A DNA stretch of 64,000 nucleotides from an uncultured Solirubrobacterales bacterium (GCA_963725475.1 CAVRYR010000006.1:329450-393449); one strand, 5' to 3'. Shown: positions 47,590-59,519, numbered from the stretch's first letter. Numbers and translations are program-made. Notes: a model not told the origin generated them from the letters alone.

Positions 47590-48608
47590 CTACGAAGCCT
47601 CGACCGCCTGGACGATCTTGCCGGTGTTCTTTCCCCAGTGCTCCTCGGGGTCCGGCGGCATGTCGCGGAGGTACCACTCCGCGTCCAGGGCGCCCTTGGT
47701 ACCGCTGCCCGCGGCGGTGACGGCCTGGCGGTAGGTGTGGTCGACCAGGTCGCCGACAGCGAACACGCCGGCCAGCTTGGTCTTGGTCGACGGCTCATCG
47801 ACGACGACGTAGCCCTCGCCGTCGAGCTCAACCTGGCCCTCTACCAGCTCGGAGCGCGGGCGATGCCCGATCGCGACGAAGGCGCCGCCGACCTCGATCT
47901 CCTTCTCCTCCCGGTCTCGGCGTGCTGCAGCCGGACCTTGGCGATCTTGCCGTCGTCGCCGGCGACGAACTCCACCGGGACGTACGGCGTGAGGAACTCG
48001 ATGTTCTCCTTGCCGCGGGCGCGCTCCTGCATGATCTTCGAGGCGCGGAACTCGTCGCGGCGGTGCACGACCTTGAGCCTCTTCGCGAACTTGGAGACGA
48101 AGATCGAGTCCTCCATCGCCGAGTCGCCGCCGCCGATCACGGCGACGTCCTCGCCCTTGAAGAAGGCGCCGTCGCAGACGCCGCAGGTGGAGACGCCGCG
48201 GCCGCCCAGCTCGATCTCGCCCGGGATGCCGAGCCGCTTCGGCTCGGCGCCCATCGAGAGGATCACGGCCCTCGCCCGGTAGGTGTCCTTGCCGACGCGG
48301 ACGGTCTGGATGCCGCCGTCGGTGAGCTCCAGCTCGGTGGCGTCGTCGGTGATGAAGCGGGTGCCGAAGCGCTCCGCCTGGGCGCGGAACTGGTTCATCA
48401 TCTCCGGCCCCATCACGCCCTCGACGTAGCCCGGATAGTTCTCGACGTCGGTCGTGTTCTGAAGCTGGCCGCCCCACTGGAAGCCCTCGATCACCAGCGG
48501 CTCGAGCTCCGCGCGGGCGGCGTAGAGCGCCGCGGTGTAGCCGGCGGGGCCGCCGCCGACGATGATCAGGTTCTCGATGCGCTCGCTGTCCGTGGACTTG
48601 TCGTTCAA
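47590..48608 (-). pseudogene. trxB: thioredoxin-disulfide reductase, single-base frameshift near 47915 (G3 versus expected G4)
   Basis: IIVGGGPAGYTAA, redox CGVCDG, VIGGGDSAMED...VRLQHAETG, then the next frame has EEKEIEVGGAFVAIGHRP...VFAVGDLVDHTYRQAVTAAGSG. Confidence 0.9.
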
Positions 48609-48692
48609 GGTCTCCCTTTCGGAGCCTAGAGGCCCTGGCGGTTGTCGCCGCGGCTTACTTCACTTTTTATAGTACCGCGCCGCCGTCGCTTG

Positions 48693-49729
48693 TTACGACC
48701 CGGCGGCGGCCGTCTCCGGCTCGCCCACGCCGACCCGCTCCGGTCGCTCCCGGCCCTCCTTCTCCCAGCGGTTGACCGTGTTGCGGAGCTGGAAGAAGGC
48801 GATGATCCCGGGCGGAATCGGCAGCCAGAAGGCGATCACGCGGTAGGTGAGCACGGCCGCGAAGACCTCGGCGCTGGGCAGCCCGAAGAGGACGAAGGCG
48901 CCGATCATCCCGGCGTCGACCGCCCCCACCCCGCCCGGCGCGAACGGGAAGAGGTTGGCGAGCATGCCCAGGAAGAAGCCCTGGATCACGACCCCGAGCG
49001 GGACGGAGACGTCGAAAGCGTGGAAGCTCGCCCAGAGGATCGCGATGTTGGCGCCCCAGAAGCCGATCGCGCCGCCGAAGGCCATCGCGCCGGAGCTCGG
49101 ATGTCGGACGAAGGCGATCGCCGTTCGGGTCCCCTGGGCCAGCGTCGCCGGCGCCGTCGCGAGCCGCTGCGCGAGCTTCCCGAAGCGGCCCGAGCTGTGG
49201 CGCTCGATCCGCCGCTCGATGTCATCCGGGAGGAGCGTCATCAGCAACCCGATGACGATGGCGAGTGCCGGCGAGGGCCGCGGGGATGATCGTCCCCGAC
49301 AGCGGCGCCTCACCGGACAGCACATGGGTGCTCAGCAGGATCCCGAAGATCACCAGGGCGGCCAGGTAGACCGAGTAGAGGACCACCAGGAATGCCACCA
49401 TGCGGCAGACCGACTGGCGCCGCTCCATGCCGGCCTTGCGCAGGGCCCAGTAGGTGAGCAGGATGCCGCCGGCGCCTCCGGCCGAGAAGAGGCGCGTCGC
49501 GGCCAGCCCCGCCATGGTGATCTGGTAGCTCTCCCCCCACTCGAGATGGATCACCTTCTCCCCGACGACCCCGCGGAAGAGGGCGACGTAGGCCGCGAAC
49601 ATGGCGATGCAGACAGACGACCCCGATCGCGATCCAGACCGGGTCACCGTCGCCGATCTTGGCGATCGCGTCCTGGAGGTCGAACAGCCTCGGGATCAGG
49701 ACGTAGATCGCGACGACCAGCAGGATCAC
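48693..49729 (-). pseudogene. UPF0104/lysyl-PG-synthase-TM-like membrane protein, two apparent frameshifts (about 49270 and 49615); true start uncertain
   Basis: Three consecutive frames read (A)VILLVVAIYVLIPRLFDLQDAIAKIGDGDPVWIAIGVV / VCIAMFAAYVALFRGVV...ITMAGLAATRLFSAGGAGG...SGTIIPAAL / AIVIGLLM...LANLFPFAPGGVGAVDAGMIGAF. The coding signal (FFADPKRLIQTF) extends upstream of GTG 49729 without a canonical start. Confidence 0.65.
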
Positions 49730-49873
49730 CGCGACGAAGGTCTGGATCAGGCGCTTCGGGTCCGCGAAGAAGCTGGGCTCAGCCTCCGCGATGATCTCGC
49801 GGGCGGTCTCGTCTTGATCCGAAGCGCTCTGCGTGGCGCTCCTCCCTCACCCCCCAGATGTTGGCAAAGAGCG

Positions 49874-50796
49874 CTAGTCGTTCGCGATGCGCTCCAGATG
49901 CTGCAACGCCCGACTCATCGCCCTGGCCACCGGCTCGACGTAACGCTCGCCCCGGCGCACGGCCAGCACGAGCGCGGCGCCGGCGAGCAGATCGACCACA
50001 TAGTGCTCCCCCAGGTAGACCAGGGCGAAGCCAAGCGGCGCCCGCGTAGGCCCCGCCGATGGCGCCGGCCCGCGGCCCCATCTCGGCCAGCAGGAGCGCG
50101 GCCATCAGCGAAGTGGCGAAGTGGAGAGAGGGCATCGCGGCCCACGGATTTCCTCCGAGCGTGTCGTAGAGGGCCGGCCAGGCCCTGCCCCACTCCTCCT
50201 CTCCGACCTCGACCATGATCCTCCGGACCTTGGCGTCGGTGTAGCCCTCCTCCGACGCCCACCAGGGCGGCGCCGTCGGGACCAGCGCGTACGACGACCA
50301 GGCCAAGGTCGTAGACAGCGGACATCTGCCGTGCGGAGCGCGCGAAGTGCTCTCGGTCGCGGGCGAGGATCCAGGTGAGCGAAGCGTGCGGCTCGAAGAA
50401 CCAGACCCAGTGGACCCAGGAGAGGAAACGGTCGACGACGTTTCGGCGGCCGAGCCCGGCCAGGGCCTTCTGCAGGCGAACGTTGGGCAGCTCGCCGCCG
50501 CCCAGGACGCGGTCGGCCCGGATCGGATAGCCGACCCGCAGCCGGCTGCGGAGCGCCTCGGGGTCGTCATACGGGAGCTCATGGCCCATCACGAACATCC
50601 ACATCTGAAGGGCGTACATGCCCGCGTCGCGAAGGCGCGTGCGGGGCCGGATCACGGCCAGGGCAGGCGGGCCCGCGGCGAGCGCGGCAGCAGTCACGGC
50701 CGCCGGGATCTTTGCTTCTTGCGCAGCAGCGGGACGGCGACCGCAGCGGCCAGCGCCGCCGCGGCGGCGCCCTTCACGAGGGGACGCCAGAGAGAG
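49874..50796 (-). pseudogene. PAP2-superfamily (PAP2_C/IPC-synthase-like) membrane protein, at least 2 apparent frameshifts (about 50040, 50290, possibly 50700)
   Basis: Frames read MYALQMWMFVMGHELPYDDPE...FLSWVHWVWFFEPH / YALVPTAPPWWASEEGY...GNPWAAMPSLHFATSLMAAL / GFALVYLGEHYVVDLLAGAALVLAV...LERIAND*. Confidence 0.55.
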
Positions 50797-51030
50797 GATC
50801 TTCTCAAGGGGGCGCGAGTCTAAAGCGGGACAAGGCGAGGTGCCGATACTCAGATGTGAGCTCTGAAGGGCTGGCCACTGCGCCCGCAGTGGTCCAGGTC
50901 TGCACGGGGATCGGCGTGAAGACGGTCGCCGAGTTCGTCGAGGACCAGCGACGATGGACATCCTCCACGAGCTGGGCGTTGACTTTGTTCCGGGGCTACC
51001 AGCTCGGCCGCCCGGCTCCGGTCTCGGAGC

Positions 51031-53937
51031 TCAGGGCCGGCTGACCAGCTCGAGCGGGATCACGAAGGACTCGTAGGCCGCGCCGGTCCCCTGCTGGAGG
51101 CCGATCTCGCAGGTCCGGTTGCTGCAGAGGTAGGCGTCGTGCTCTGAGCCCGCCAGCTCGGCGGCCTCCTCCGCCGTCGCCGGAGCGGGTCAGCTCGGGA
51201 TGGAGCATTCCGCGGTCGCCGGCCATCCCGCAGCAGGTGGCGCGGATCGGCTGGACGACCTCGTCGGCGATCACTCCGGCGATCTCGCGGAGCTGGCGCT
51301 CGAGGCCCAGGTGGCGGGTGGAGCAGGTCGGATGGACGGCGACCGAACCGAGCTTGCGGCGGATCTCGAGCTTCGGCAGCAGGCGCTTCGCCCAGGCGAC
51401 CGAGTCGAGGATCTCGAGCTTCGCATGGCGCTCGCGGTTCTCCTCGGTGAGGCTCGCAGCCGCCTCGCTGGCCAGGCCGAGCGAGCAGGAGCTCGCGTCG
51501 ATCACGACCGGCAGCTCACCCTCCGCGCTCCAGCGCCAGAGCGCCTCGACCGTGTGGTTCGCCATCGCCGCGGCGCCCTCGGTATAGCCCTTCGACGCCC
51601 ATGGCACCGAGCAGCAGTGTCCGGCCGCGTCCTCCGGGATCCAGACCGGCATCCCGGCCCGCGCCGAGACCGCGACCAGGGCCTCCGGCAGCGGCAGGCC
51701 AGACCCGTTGCGCGGGGCGGCCGAAGATCCGGTTGACGCAGGCGGGCATGTAGACGGCGGCCGCGCCGTCGCGCGTGGTCGCGGGCAGCTTCGCCGGCGC
51801 CGGCGGCGGCATGTTCGGCGGCCAGGAGGGGACGAGCTCGTCGCTGAAGAGGGAGCGGACGGCTCCCGCCCCGGCGCGCAGCAGCGGCCCGGCGAGGCTG
51901 CCGGCGCGCAGGCCCGCCCGGGCCGTGCGCTCCACCGCCGCCCAGCGCTCGGCCACTTGCACGGCGCGCCGCTGTGCCCTTTCCGTGTGCTCCTGCGCCC
52001 GGAACCCCTTGACCAGCTTGCCCGTGTCGATCCCCAGGGGACAGGCGATCTGGCAGGTGCCGTCGGCGGCGCAGGTCTGGATGCCGTCGTACTCGTACTG
52101 CTCGAGCAGCGCGCGTTGGACCGGCGAGCCGTCCGGCTGGCGGGCCATCTCGCGGCGAATCACGATCCGCTGCCGCGGCGTCGTCGTCAGGTGCCGGCTC
52201 GGGCAGACCGGCTCGCAGAAGCCGCACTCGACGCAGGTGGTCGCGACCTCCTCGATCTCCGGCGTCGTCTTCAGGTTGCGGAGGTGGGCGCCCTCGTCCC
52301 GGTTGAGCAGGACGCCGGGGGCGAGCACGCCATCCGGGTCGGCGAGCGCCTTGACCCGCCACATCAGCTCGGTCGCCTTCGCCCCCCACTCCCGCTCGAC
52401 GTAGGGAGCCATGTTGACCCCGGTGCCGTGCTCGGCCTTCAGCGAGCCGTCGTACTTGTCGAGGATCAGCTCGACCAGCTTCTCCATGAAGGCCTCGTAG
52501 CGCTCGAGGTCCTCCTGCTTCGCGAAGTCCGGGGTCAGCATGAAGTGGAGGTTGCCCGCCGAGGTGTGGCCCGCCACGCCGGGCAGGAAGCCGTGCTCCG
52601 TGAGCAGCGCCTGGATGTCGCGGGCCGACTCCGCGATCCGCTCCGGCGGCACGCAGACGTCCTCGATGATCAGCGAGGTCCCGGGGGCGCGGAAGCGGCC
52701 GATCAGCCCATGGAGTCCCTCGCGGACGGTCCAGGAGACCTCGATGCGCTCGGGGTCGCGGGTGAAGTCGGGCTCGCGGATCAGCTCGTGCTCGCGCAGG
52801 ATCTCCTCGGCACCGGCGACCAGCCGGTCGAGCTCGCCGTCGGTCTCGGCGCCGAACTCCACCAGCAGCGCGGCCGAGGTCGGCGGCAGCTCGAGCCAGT
52901 CCTGCGGGGCGCCCGCGATGTTCTGCGCGGCCACCATCAGCGCCGGCGCGACCATCAGCTCGACCGCGGTGGCGCCGGACGAGACCAGCGCCGGGACCGG
53001 CTCCGTCGCCGACTCGATGCCGTCGAAGTGGAGCCACGAGACCGTCGTCCTTGACGGCTTCGAGACCGTCTCGAATACGGCCTCAGAGATGAAGCCGAGC
53101 GTGCCTTCCGAGCCGATCAGCAGGCGGCGGAAGATCTCGACCGGCTCGTCGGCGTCGAGGAAGGCGCAGAGCCGGTAGCCGGTCGTGTTCTTGATCCGGA
53201 ACTTCCTGCGGATCCGCTCGCTGAGCTCGGCATCGGCCCGGATCTCGTCGCGGATCTCGGCCAGGCCGCGGGCAAGCTCCGGCTCGGCCGAGGCGAAGCG
53301 CTCCGCAGCATCGGGGGCGGCGGTGTCGATCACGGTCCCCGACGGCAGGACGAAGGTGAGCGAGCGGACCGTGCTGTAGGAGTCGGCGACGATCCCGCAG
53401 CGCATGCCCGCCGGAGTTGTTGGCGAGCACCCCGCCCACGCAGGCGATGTCGGTGCTCGCCGGATCCGGGCCGAGCTTCCGCCCGTACGGCGCCAGGATG
53501 CGGTTCGCGTGTCCCAGGACAGTTCCCGTCCGGACGCGCGCCCGCGCGCCCTCGTCGAGCACCTCGACGCCGCTCCAGTGCCGGCGAACGTCGACCAGGA
53601 TGCCGTCGCTCTGGGACTGGCCGTTGAGGCTGGTGCCGCCGGCGCGGAAGGTGAGCGGCAGCTTGGCTGAACGGGCGTAGGCGAAGACCTTGGAGACGTC
53701 GGAGACGTCGCGGGCCATCACCACCGCCTCCGGCAACAGGCGATACGGGCTCGCGTCCGAGGCGTATCGGACCAGGTCGATGACGCGGGTGAGGACGCGA
53801 TCCTCGCCGAGCAGGCCGATCAGCTCGCTGCGCAGCGGCTCCGGCGTCCCCGCCGCGAGCTCGTCCGGCGCCCGGTCCTTCGAGGGCTCGCTCGCCTCCG
53901 GGGCGATCCGGGTGACGTCCGGCGCCAGCAGGTCCAT
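51031..53937 (-). pseudogene. YdiJ-like FAD-linked oxidase fused to 4Fe-4S and CCG domains, at least 3 apparent frameshifts (about 53407, 51705, 51195)
   Basis: FAD-binding N-terminus (FRAGGTSLNGQS...CVGGVLANNSGG), then MRCGIVADSY...SEGTLGFISEAVF...SLKAEHGTG...CVECGFCEPVCPS...CAADGTCQIACP...ACVNRIFG, then PVWIPEDAAGHCC...HPTCS...CCGMAGDRG, then ATAEEAAEL...CSNRTCEIGL. Confidence 0.8.
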
Positions 53938-53965
53938 GGCCTCAGCCTAGTCGCCACCGCCCGGC

Positions 53966-55562
53966 TCAGAACAAGGCCATGCCCGGCGTGACCGGGACCT
54001 CGACCAGCTCGGGCTTCGCGGAGGCGATCGCGCCCTTCAGCGCCTCGCTGCAACTCCTCCCGGCCGGAGACACGCTTGGAGGAGACGCCGTAGGCGGTCG
54101 CCACCTCGGCCACCTCGAGCGCCGGCAGGTCGAGGCCGGGGGCGCCCTTGACCTCCTCGATGTCGGCGAACCACTTGAGGATCGCGTACTCCTCGTTGCG
54201 CAGGACCAGGAAGGTGACCGGGACCTCGTAGGCCGCCGCGGTCCAGAAGCCCGTGATCGCGTACTGGGCCGAGCCTTCGCCGAGCACGCAGACCACGGGC
54301 CGGTCGGGCTGGGCGAGCTGCACCCCGATCGCGGCAGCGAGGCCGAAGCCGAGGCCGCCGCCCGCGCCGAAGTAGTAGCTGCCGGGACGGGAGAGTCGCA
54401 GCTGGTTGCGGAGCGAGAGCGTGCTGGAGGGGGACTCGAGAACGACGATGCCGTCCTCGGGGAAGACGCCGGCGAGCGTGTTGTGGACCATCGTCGGCGT
54501 CAGCGGGTCGGACTCGTCGCCGGCGCTCGGCTCCGGCAGCGGGTCGGGCTCGGACCGGTTCGCCTCGCCGACCTCGGCGAGCAGCGCCCGCAGGGCGAGC
54601 CGGGAGTCGGCAAGGATCACGTCCCCCATCGGCGCGCGCGCCGCCTCGTCCGGGTCGCTGGTGATCGCGACCAGCGAGGCGCCCTCCGGCAGCAGCGGCC
54701 CCGGGATGTAGGGGTAGTACGGGAAGACCGAGGAGCCGATCACCAGGATCAGGTCGCGGCCCTTGAGCGTCTCCGCCACCGGCCCGATCGCCGGAGGCAG
54801 CACGCCCTGGAAGAGCGGATGGCCCTCGGGGAAGCCGAGCCGGCCGCCGCCCGGCGCGGGAGAGGCGAACACGGGCAGCTTCTGCCGCTCGGCCAGCTGT
54901 ACCGCCTCGTCCCAGGCGCCGCTGGCGTCGATGTCCGGGCCCGCCACGAGCACCGGGCTGCTCGCCTCCTCGAGCCGCTTCGCGAGGGCTTTGATCGCCT
55001 CGGGCTCCGGACCCGAGCGCGGCTCGGAGGCGCGCTCGACGACCCGGCCGGATTCCGGGTCCGCCTCCTCGTTCCAGTCGTCCATCGGCAGTGAGACGAA
55101 GGCTGGGCCCCGGGGGGCGAGCGACGCCGTGTGGATGGCACGTGCGAGAGCGTGGGGCACGTCCTGGGCGCGCGGCGGCTCGAAGCTCCACTTGACGAAG
55201 GGATGGACGACGCGGGTCGCGTCCCGGTTGGTCAGGTTCGCCTGCATGGTGATGTGGGCCCGGACCTGCTGGCCGGCCGTGACCACCAGCGGCGAGTGGT
55301 TGGCCTGGGCGTTGAAGATCGCCCCCATGCCGTTCCCTACCCCGGGCGCGGTGTGGAGGTTGACGTGGGCCGGCGTCCCGGACGCCTGCGCGTAGCCGTC
55401 CGCCATCCCCACCGCGACGGCCTCCTGCAACCCGAGCACGTAGCGGAAGTCGTCGGGGAACTCGGCGAGCATCGGCAGCTCGGTCGATCCCGGGTTGCCG
55501 AAGATCGTGGTCATCCCGTGCTTCCGGAAGAGCTCGAAGGTGACCTCGCGGACGGTCGCCAT
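53966..55562 (-). pseudogene. benzoylformate decarboxylase-like ThDP enzyme, frameshift near 54047
   Basis: MATVREVTFELFRKHGMTTIFGNPGSTELPML...GMADGYAQASG...TAGQQ; ThDP motif GEGSAQY...NEEY. The C-terminus continues in another frame: EALKGAIASAKPELVEVPVTPGMALF*. Confidence 0.85.
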
Positions 55563-55598
55563 GGCCGGGGAGCCTAACCGCCGGCCGCCTACGGGCGC

Positions 55599-56778
55599 TC
55601 AGACCTGCGAGACATGTCGCGGCGTCGATGGCAGCGTCGAGCCGCGCCTGATCACCTCGTTGCCGAAGCGCTTGCGGATCTCGTCGATCGCGAGGTCGAG
55701 CGCCGGATCGAGCGCGGGGCTCAAGAGGGAGCTCCAGCTGGGCCTGGTCGCTGAGGTTGGCGACGGTGATCCCGAGCAGGGTGATCCCGCGGCGCTCGAT
55801 CAGGGGCCCGGCGGCGGTGAGCAGGGCCCTCGCCGCCGCCAGGATCGTGCCCGTGCCGGCGCTCGGGTGGGCGAGGGTGCGGGAGCGGGTCGCCCGGGAG
55901 AAGTCGCCGAAGCGCAACCGCAGCGTCACCGTGCGGCCCGCCCGGTTCGCCGCCCGCGCCCGCCGCGTCACCCGGTCCACCAGGGTCACCAGGAGCGCGT
56001 CGAGGCTCGATCCCGATCTCCCGCCGCCGGCGAACGCCGACTGCGTGCCGATCGACCGCCGCCGCCGGCCGCGACGGACGCGCCGTGGATCGCGGTTGTG
56101 CGCGACCGCGTGGAGATGCCGCGCGGCGTGGCCTCCCAGGAACATGGCGAGCTCCCCCTCGTCGCGACGCCCGAGCTGCCCGATCGTGGCGATCCCGTGG
56201 GCGCGGAGCCGCTCCGCGGTCACCGCGCCGACACCCCAGAGGGCCTCGACAGGCAGCGGCTCGAGAAAGTCCCGCTCCCGCTCGGGTTCGATCACCAACA
56301 GGCCATCGGGCTTGGCTGCCCGGCTCGCCATCTTGGCGAGCACCTTCGTCCGGGCGACGCCGACGGTGACCGCCAGCCCGACCCGCTCCCGCGCCTGGCA
56401 CCGCAGCCGCGCGGCGATCTCGCGCGGGGTCCCGGAGATCCTCTCGAGCCCGCGGACGTCGAGAAACGCCTCCTCCAGCGACATGCCCTCGACCAGCGGC
56501 GCGGTCTGATCGAACAGGTCGAAGAGCGCCTTGCTCGCCTCCGTGTAGGCGGAGAAGCGCGGCGGCACGAACACCGCGTGGGGACAGAGGCGCCTGGCCC
56601 GTCCGCCGCCCATCCCGCCATGGATCCCGAAGGCGCGCGCCTCGTAGCTCGCCGCCATGACAACGCCGACGCCGACGATGGTCGGCTTTCCCCGGAGCCT
56701 CGGATCGTCCCGCTGCTCGACCGAGGCGAAGAACGCGTCGGCGTCGGCGTGCAGGATCGATGCCGCTGCAGCTGACAC
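55599..56778 (-). pseudogene. dinB: DNA polymerase IV, frameshift near 55722
   Basis: ILHADADAFFASVEQRDDPRLRGKP..., SLEEAFLDV, GVARTKVLAKMAS..KP.G, LWGVG. The C-terminal PALDPALDLAIDEIRKRFG is in a shifted frame. GTG start at 56778. Confidence 0.85.
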
Positions 56779-56903
56779 GAACGTATGTTCGCATCGCGCC
56801 GGGCCCCGTTCAAGCCACCTCAGGGCAGGGACGGCGATCACGGGCGGGCCTGGGGGCGGGAACGGCGGCGACAAGGAACGCCGCCCCGGCAAGCAGCGCA
56901 ACG

Positions 56904-58682
56904 CTAAGTCGCGACGGCCTCTTCGGCAAGGACGCGTCTCTCCGCGAGCCCCCCGAAGTCGACCGGGCCGGGCATGAGCCGCTCGGGCGGCGGGATCTCG
57001 ATCCCGATCGCGGCCATCCGGCGCTTCAGCGCCTGGTAGGCGAAGCCGTAGACCTGCGAGGAATGGTGCCCGTAGGAGAAGAAGTCGGAGGGATCGTCTG
57101 CCTCCGGCGGGCAGAAGACCTCGGCGGCCTGCGGCAGCAATTCCTCCAGCCGACGCAGGATCACGCCCTTCATGCTGGGGCGTTCGTCGCAGACGTCCTT
57201 GAGGAAGCGGACGCCGAAGGCGATGTGCCGGTGCTCGTCCTGCTCGACCAGGCTGAAGCCCTTGTTGAAGCCGGGATAGAGGTCGTGATCCTCCGTGTAC
57301 TGGATCATGATCCGCTGGCCGGGCATCGCCAGGACCCCCTCGGTGACCATGTGGTACGTGACGATGCCCTCGACGAAGAGCTTGAGGTCGTCGGGGCGGT
57401 CCTTGATCCGGTTGGCGATCTCGCGCAGTGAGTCGTCGAAGAGGAAGTGCCAGGGGCCGAGCATGCGGTCCTCGATCTCCTGCAGGCGGCCGCGGAAGCT
57501 GCCGGACTCGAGACCCATCACCTCGCTCGCCCAGCGATCGAAGAAGACGGCGTGGCGCATCTCGTCGACCAGCTGCGTCGCCAGAAAGGCCTCAACCTCG
57601 CCGCTCGGTGCGGCGAGCAGGAAGGGCGCGAGGTCGGAGGTGACCCGCTCCTCGCCGACGTAGAAGCTGCCGATGCTGAACGCCGTGTGCTGCTGCGCCT
57701 CGGCGGGCGTGACCAGCCAGTGCTCGCGGTCCTTCGAGAAATCGAGCTCATGGGCGCGCCAGTTCTGTCGCTCCCAGAGGGCGTAGAGCTGCTCGTAGCT
57801 CAGCAGCCCACCCTTCGGGCGGGACTCGGCGGGATCGCCGGACGTGCCGTTGGACGGCGCCTTGCTCCCCCAGCTGCCGGCGTTGCGGGCCTGCTGGACG
57901 CGCTGGCGCTCCTCCCGCTCGAGCTCGGGGCCGTCGACACCCTCGGCCCGGTCGATCCAGCGGCCCAGCTGGGTGACCGGCGGCATGCTCCCCTCGACCT
58001 CGGTCAGCCCGAGGCGCATCGCGTCGGAGGGCGTCACCTCGCCGGCGAGCAGCCGAAGCCAGTCCGAGTAACGGATGCGGACGATCGCGTCCGGGCTCTC
58101 GCCGCTACCGCGCTCGACGCCGACGGTCCCATCGTCGACCTCGACCCTCCAGGCACCGCCGCCCTCTCCCACCAGCTCGTAGGCGACCGTGAAGCGGTGG
58201 CCCCGCGTCCATTCCGGCTCGATCGCGTAGGCGAGCGAGCGGTAGACCAGGTCGGCGTCGACCCGCACACCGAGGCGGGCGAGATCGCGCGGGCCGGCCT
58301 CTGTCTCGAGCCGGCGCAGCGCCAGCGCCTTGCGTCGCCGGCCGCGGAGCTTCACCCGCCGACGGGCCAGGGCCCCCAGCGGGCTGCGCCCGGAGGCGAT
58401 GCGGGCGAGCGTGGCGGGATCGGTCGAGATCGCGAAGGCCTCGCCGTTCAGGTCGGCGCCGTCGGGGGCCTCGGCGACCTCGGCGCGCTCGCCGTTCGGC
58501 CGGACGGTCCAGGCGCCGAGCCCTTCGAGCTCGAGGCGATAGCTCAGTCCCTCGGGAAGCGAGGCGGCAGCGGCGGGCAGCGCGTGCACGATCAGCCGAG
58601 CGGCAAGCTCGGGGTCCGACTCCGCCATCCGGCGGAGCGCGTGCGCGGCGGTTCCTCTCTGCGCGTCTCCGTTACGCGCCAT
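56904..58682 (-). CDS. fusion protein: two SCP2 sterol-carrier-like domains + R2-like (ribonucleotide reductase small subunit/ferritin-like) di-metal carboxylate domain
   Basis: One uninterrupted frame from ATG 58682. Two repeats of the SCP2_2 pattern (...ATLARIASGRSPLGALARRRVKLRG / ...SDWLRLLAGEVTPSDAMRLGLTEVEG). Then an R2-like domain with ligand motifs GEE, VDEMRH, VTEG, EQDEHRH. Confidence 0.75.
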   Translation of the reverse strand: MARNGDAQRGTAAHALRRMAESDPELAARLIVHALPAAAASLPEGLSYRLELEGLGAWTVRPNGERAEVAEAPDGADLNGEAFAISTDPATLARIASGRSPLGALARRRVKLRGRRRKALALRRLETEAGPRDLARLGVRVDADLVYRSLAYAIEPEWTRGHRFTVAYELVGEGGGAWRVEVDDGTVGVERGSGESPDAIVRIRYSDWLRLLAGEVTPSDAMRLGLTEVEGSMPPVTQLGRWIDRAEGVDGPELEREERQRVQQARNAGSWGSKAPSNGTSGDPAESRPKGGLLSYEQLYALWERQNWRAHELDFSKDREHWLVTPAEAQQHTAFSIGSFYVGEERVTSDLAPFLLAAPSGEVEAFLATQLVDEMRHAVFFDRWASEVMGLESGSFRGRLQEIEDRMLGPWHFLFDDSLREIANRIKDRPDDLKLFVEGIVTYHMVTEGVLAMPGQRIMIQYTEDHDLYPGFNKGFSLVEQDEHRHIAFGVRFLKDVCDERPSMKGVILRRLEELLPQAAEVFCPPEADDPSDFFSYGHHSSQVYGFAYQALKRRMAAIGIEIPPPERLMPGPVDFGGLAERRVLAEEAVAT

Positions 58683-58769
58683 CTCGGCGGCGATTCTGCC
58701 AGAAGCCGCAGGCGATTTGGCCAGCCAGCCAATCGTCGCCGCGGAGCGAATTAATAGACTCACGCCGCC

Positions 58770-59519
58770 TTGCTCGGCCCGCACACCGCTCACTCGCCGA
58801 ACGCCGACGACCTCAACACCCTCTACTGGGTGATGCTGGCGATCGGCCTGGTCCTGCTGGTTGCGATCAACCTCGCGCTGGTCGGGCTGGTGATGCGTTT
58901 CCGCTCCGCCCGCGGGCGGCAGCCGCGGCGGCTGATGGTGCGCCGCCCGGCGCAGCTCGGGACGGCGGGGATCTTCGCCGCGATCGTGGTGGTGACGTTC
59001 ATCCTGGGGGTGATCGAGACGCATAACGCGAAGCAGGTGGAGGCTTCCGGGCCCAACGGCCTGCAGGCGACCTCGAGCCTGCTCGCCCAGCGCTCCCTGG
59101 AGCTGCCCGCGACGTCCGCTTCCTCCGCGCCGCTCGAGATCAAGGCCTGCGGCCAGCAGTGGCTGTGGCGCTACGAGTACCCGGACGGCACCTACTCCTA
59201 CTACGAGCTGGTCGTCCCGGTCGACACGGCGGTGATCCTCCACCTCTGCTCGACCGACGTCGTCCATCGCTGGTGGGTGCCGGGCCTCTCCGGCAAGTTC
59301 GACGCGACTCCGGGCGCAAGCAACTCGGCCTGGTTCAAGGCCGACCAGACCGGGATCTACGACGGCGCGAGCTACGCCTTCTCCGGCGCCTCGTACGCGG
59401 CGATGCGGACACGGGTCCGGGTGGTCGACGTGCCCGCCTACCAGGCCTGGCTCCAGCAGCAGGCCGCCGGCATCCAGGCGGCGCAGAGCTTCGTCCAGCA
59501 GGCGAACGGGGAGGGCTGA
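58770..59519 (+). CDS. cytochrome oxidase subunit II homologue lacking the CuA site
   Basis: TTG start. Two N-terminal TM helices, cupredoxin domain QQWLWRYEYP...STDVVHRWWVPGLSGKFDATPG. The CuA motif position reads GASYAFSGASYAAM instead of C.E.CG..H..M. Confidence 0.8.
   Translation: MLGPHTAHSPNADDLNTLYWVMLAIGLVLLVAINLALVGLVMRFRSARGRQPRRLMVRRPAQLGTAGIFAAIVVVTFILGVIETHNAKQVEASGPNGLQATSSLLAQRSLELPATSASSAPLEIKACGQQWLWRYEYPDGTYSYYELVVPVDTAVILHLCSTDVVHRWWVPGLSGKFDATPGASNSAWFKADQTGIYDGASYAFSGASYAAMRTRVRVVDVPAYQAWLQQQAAGIQAAQSFVQQANGEG

Noticed and set aside
54037-56901. 954-aa minus-strand ORF that would fuse dinB to a long C-terminal tail.
   Set aside because: Only the first roughly 390 codons (dinB) look coding. 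After the frameshift near 55722 the frame runs antisense or out of frame through the BFD-like gene with Arg/Pro-rich junk.
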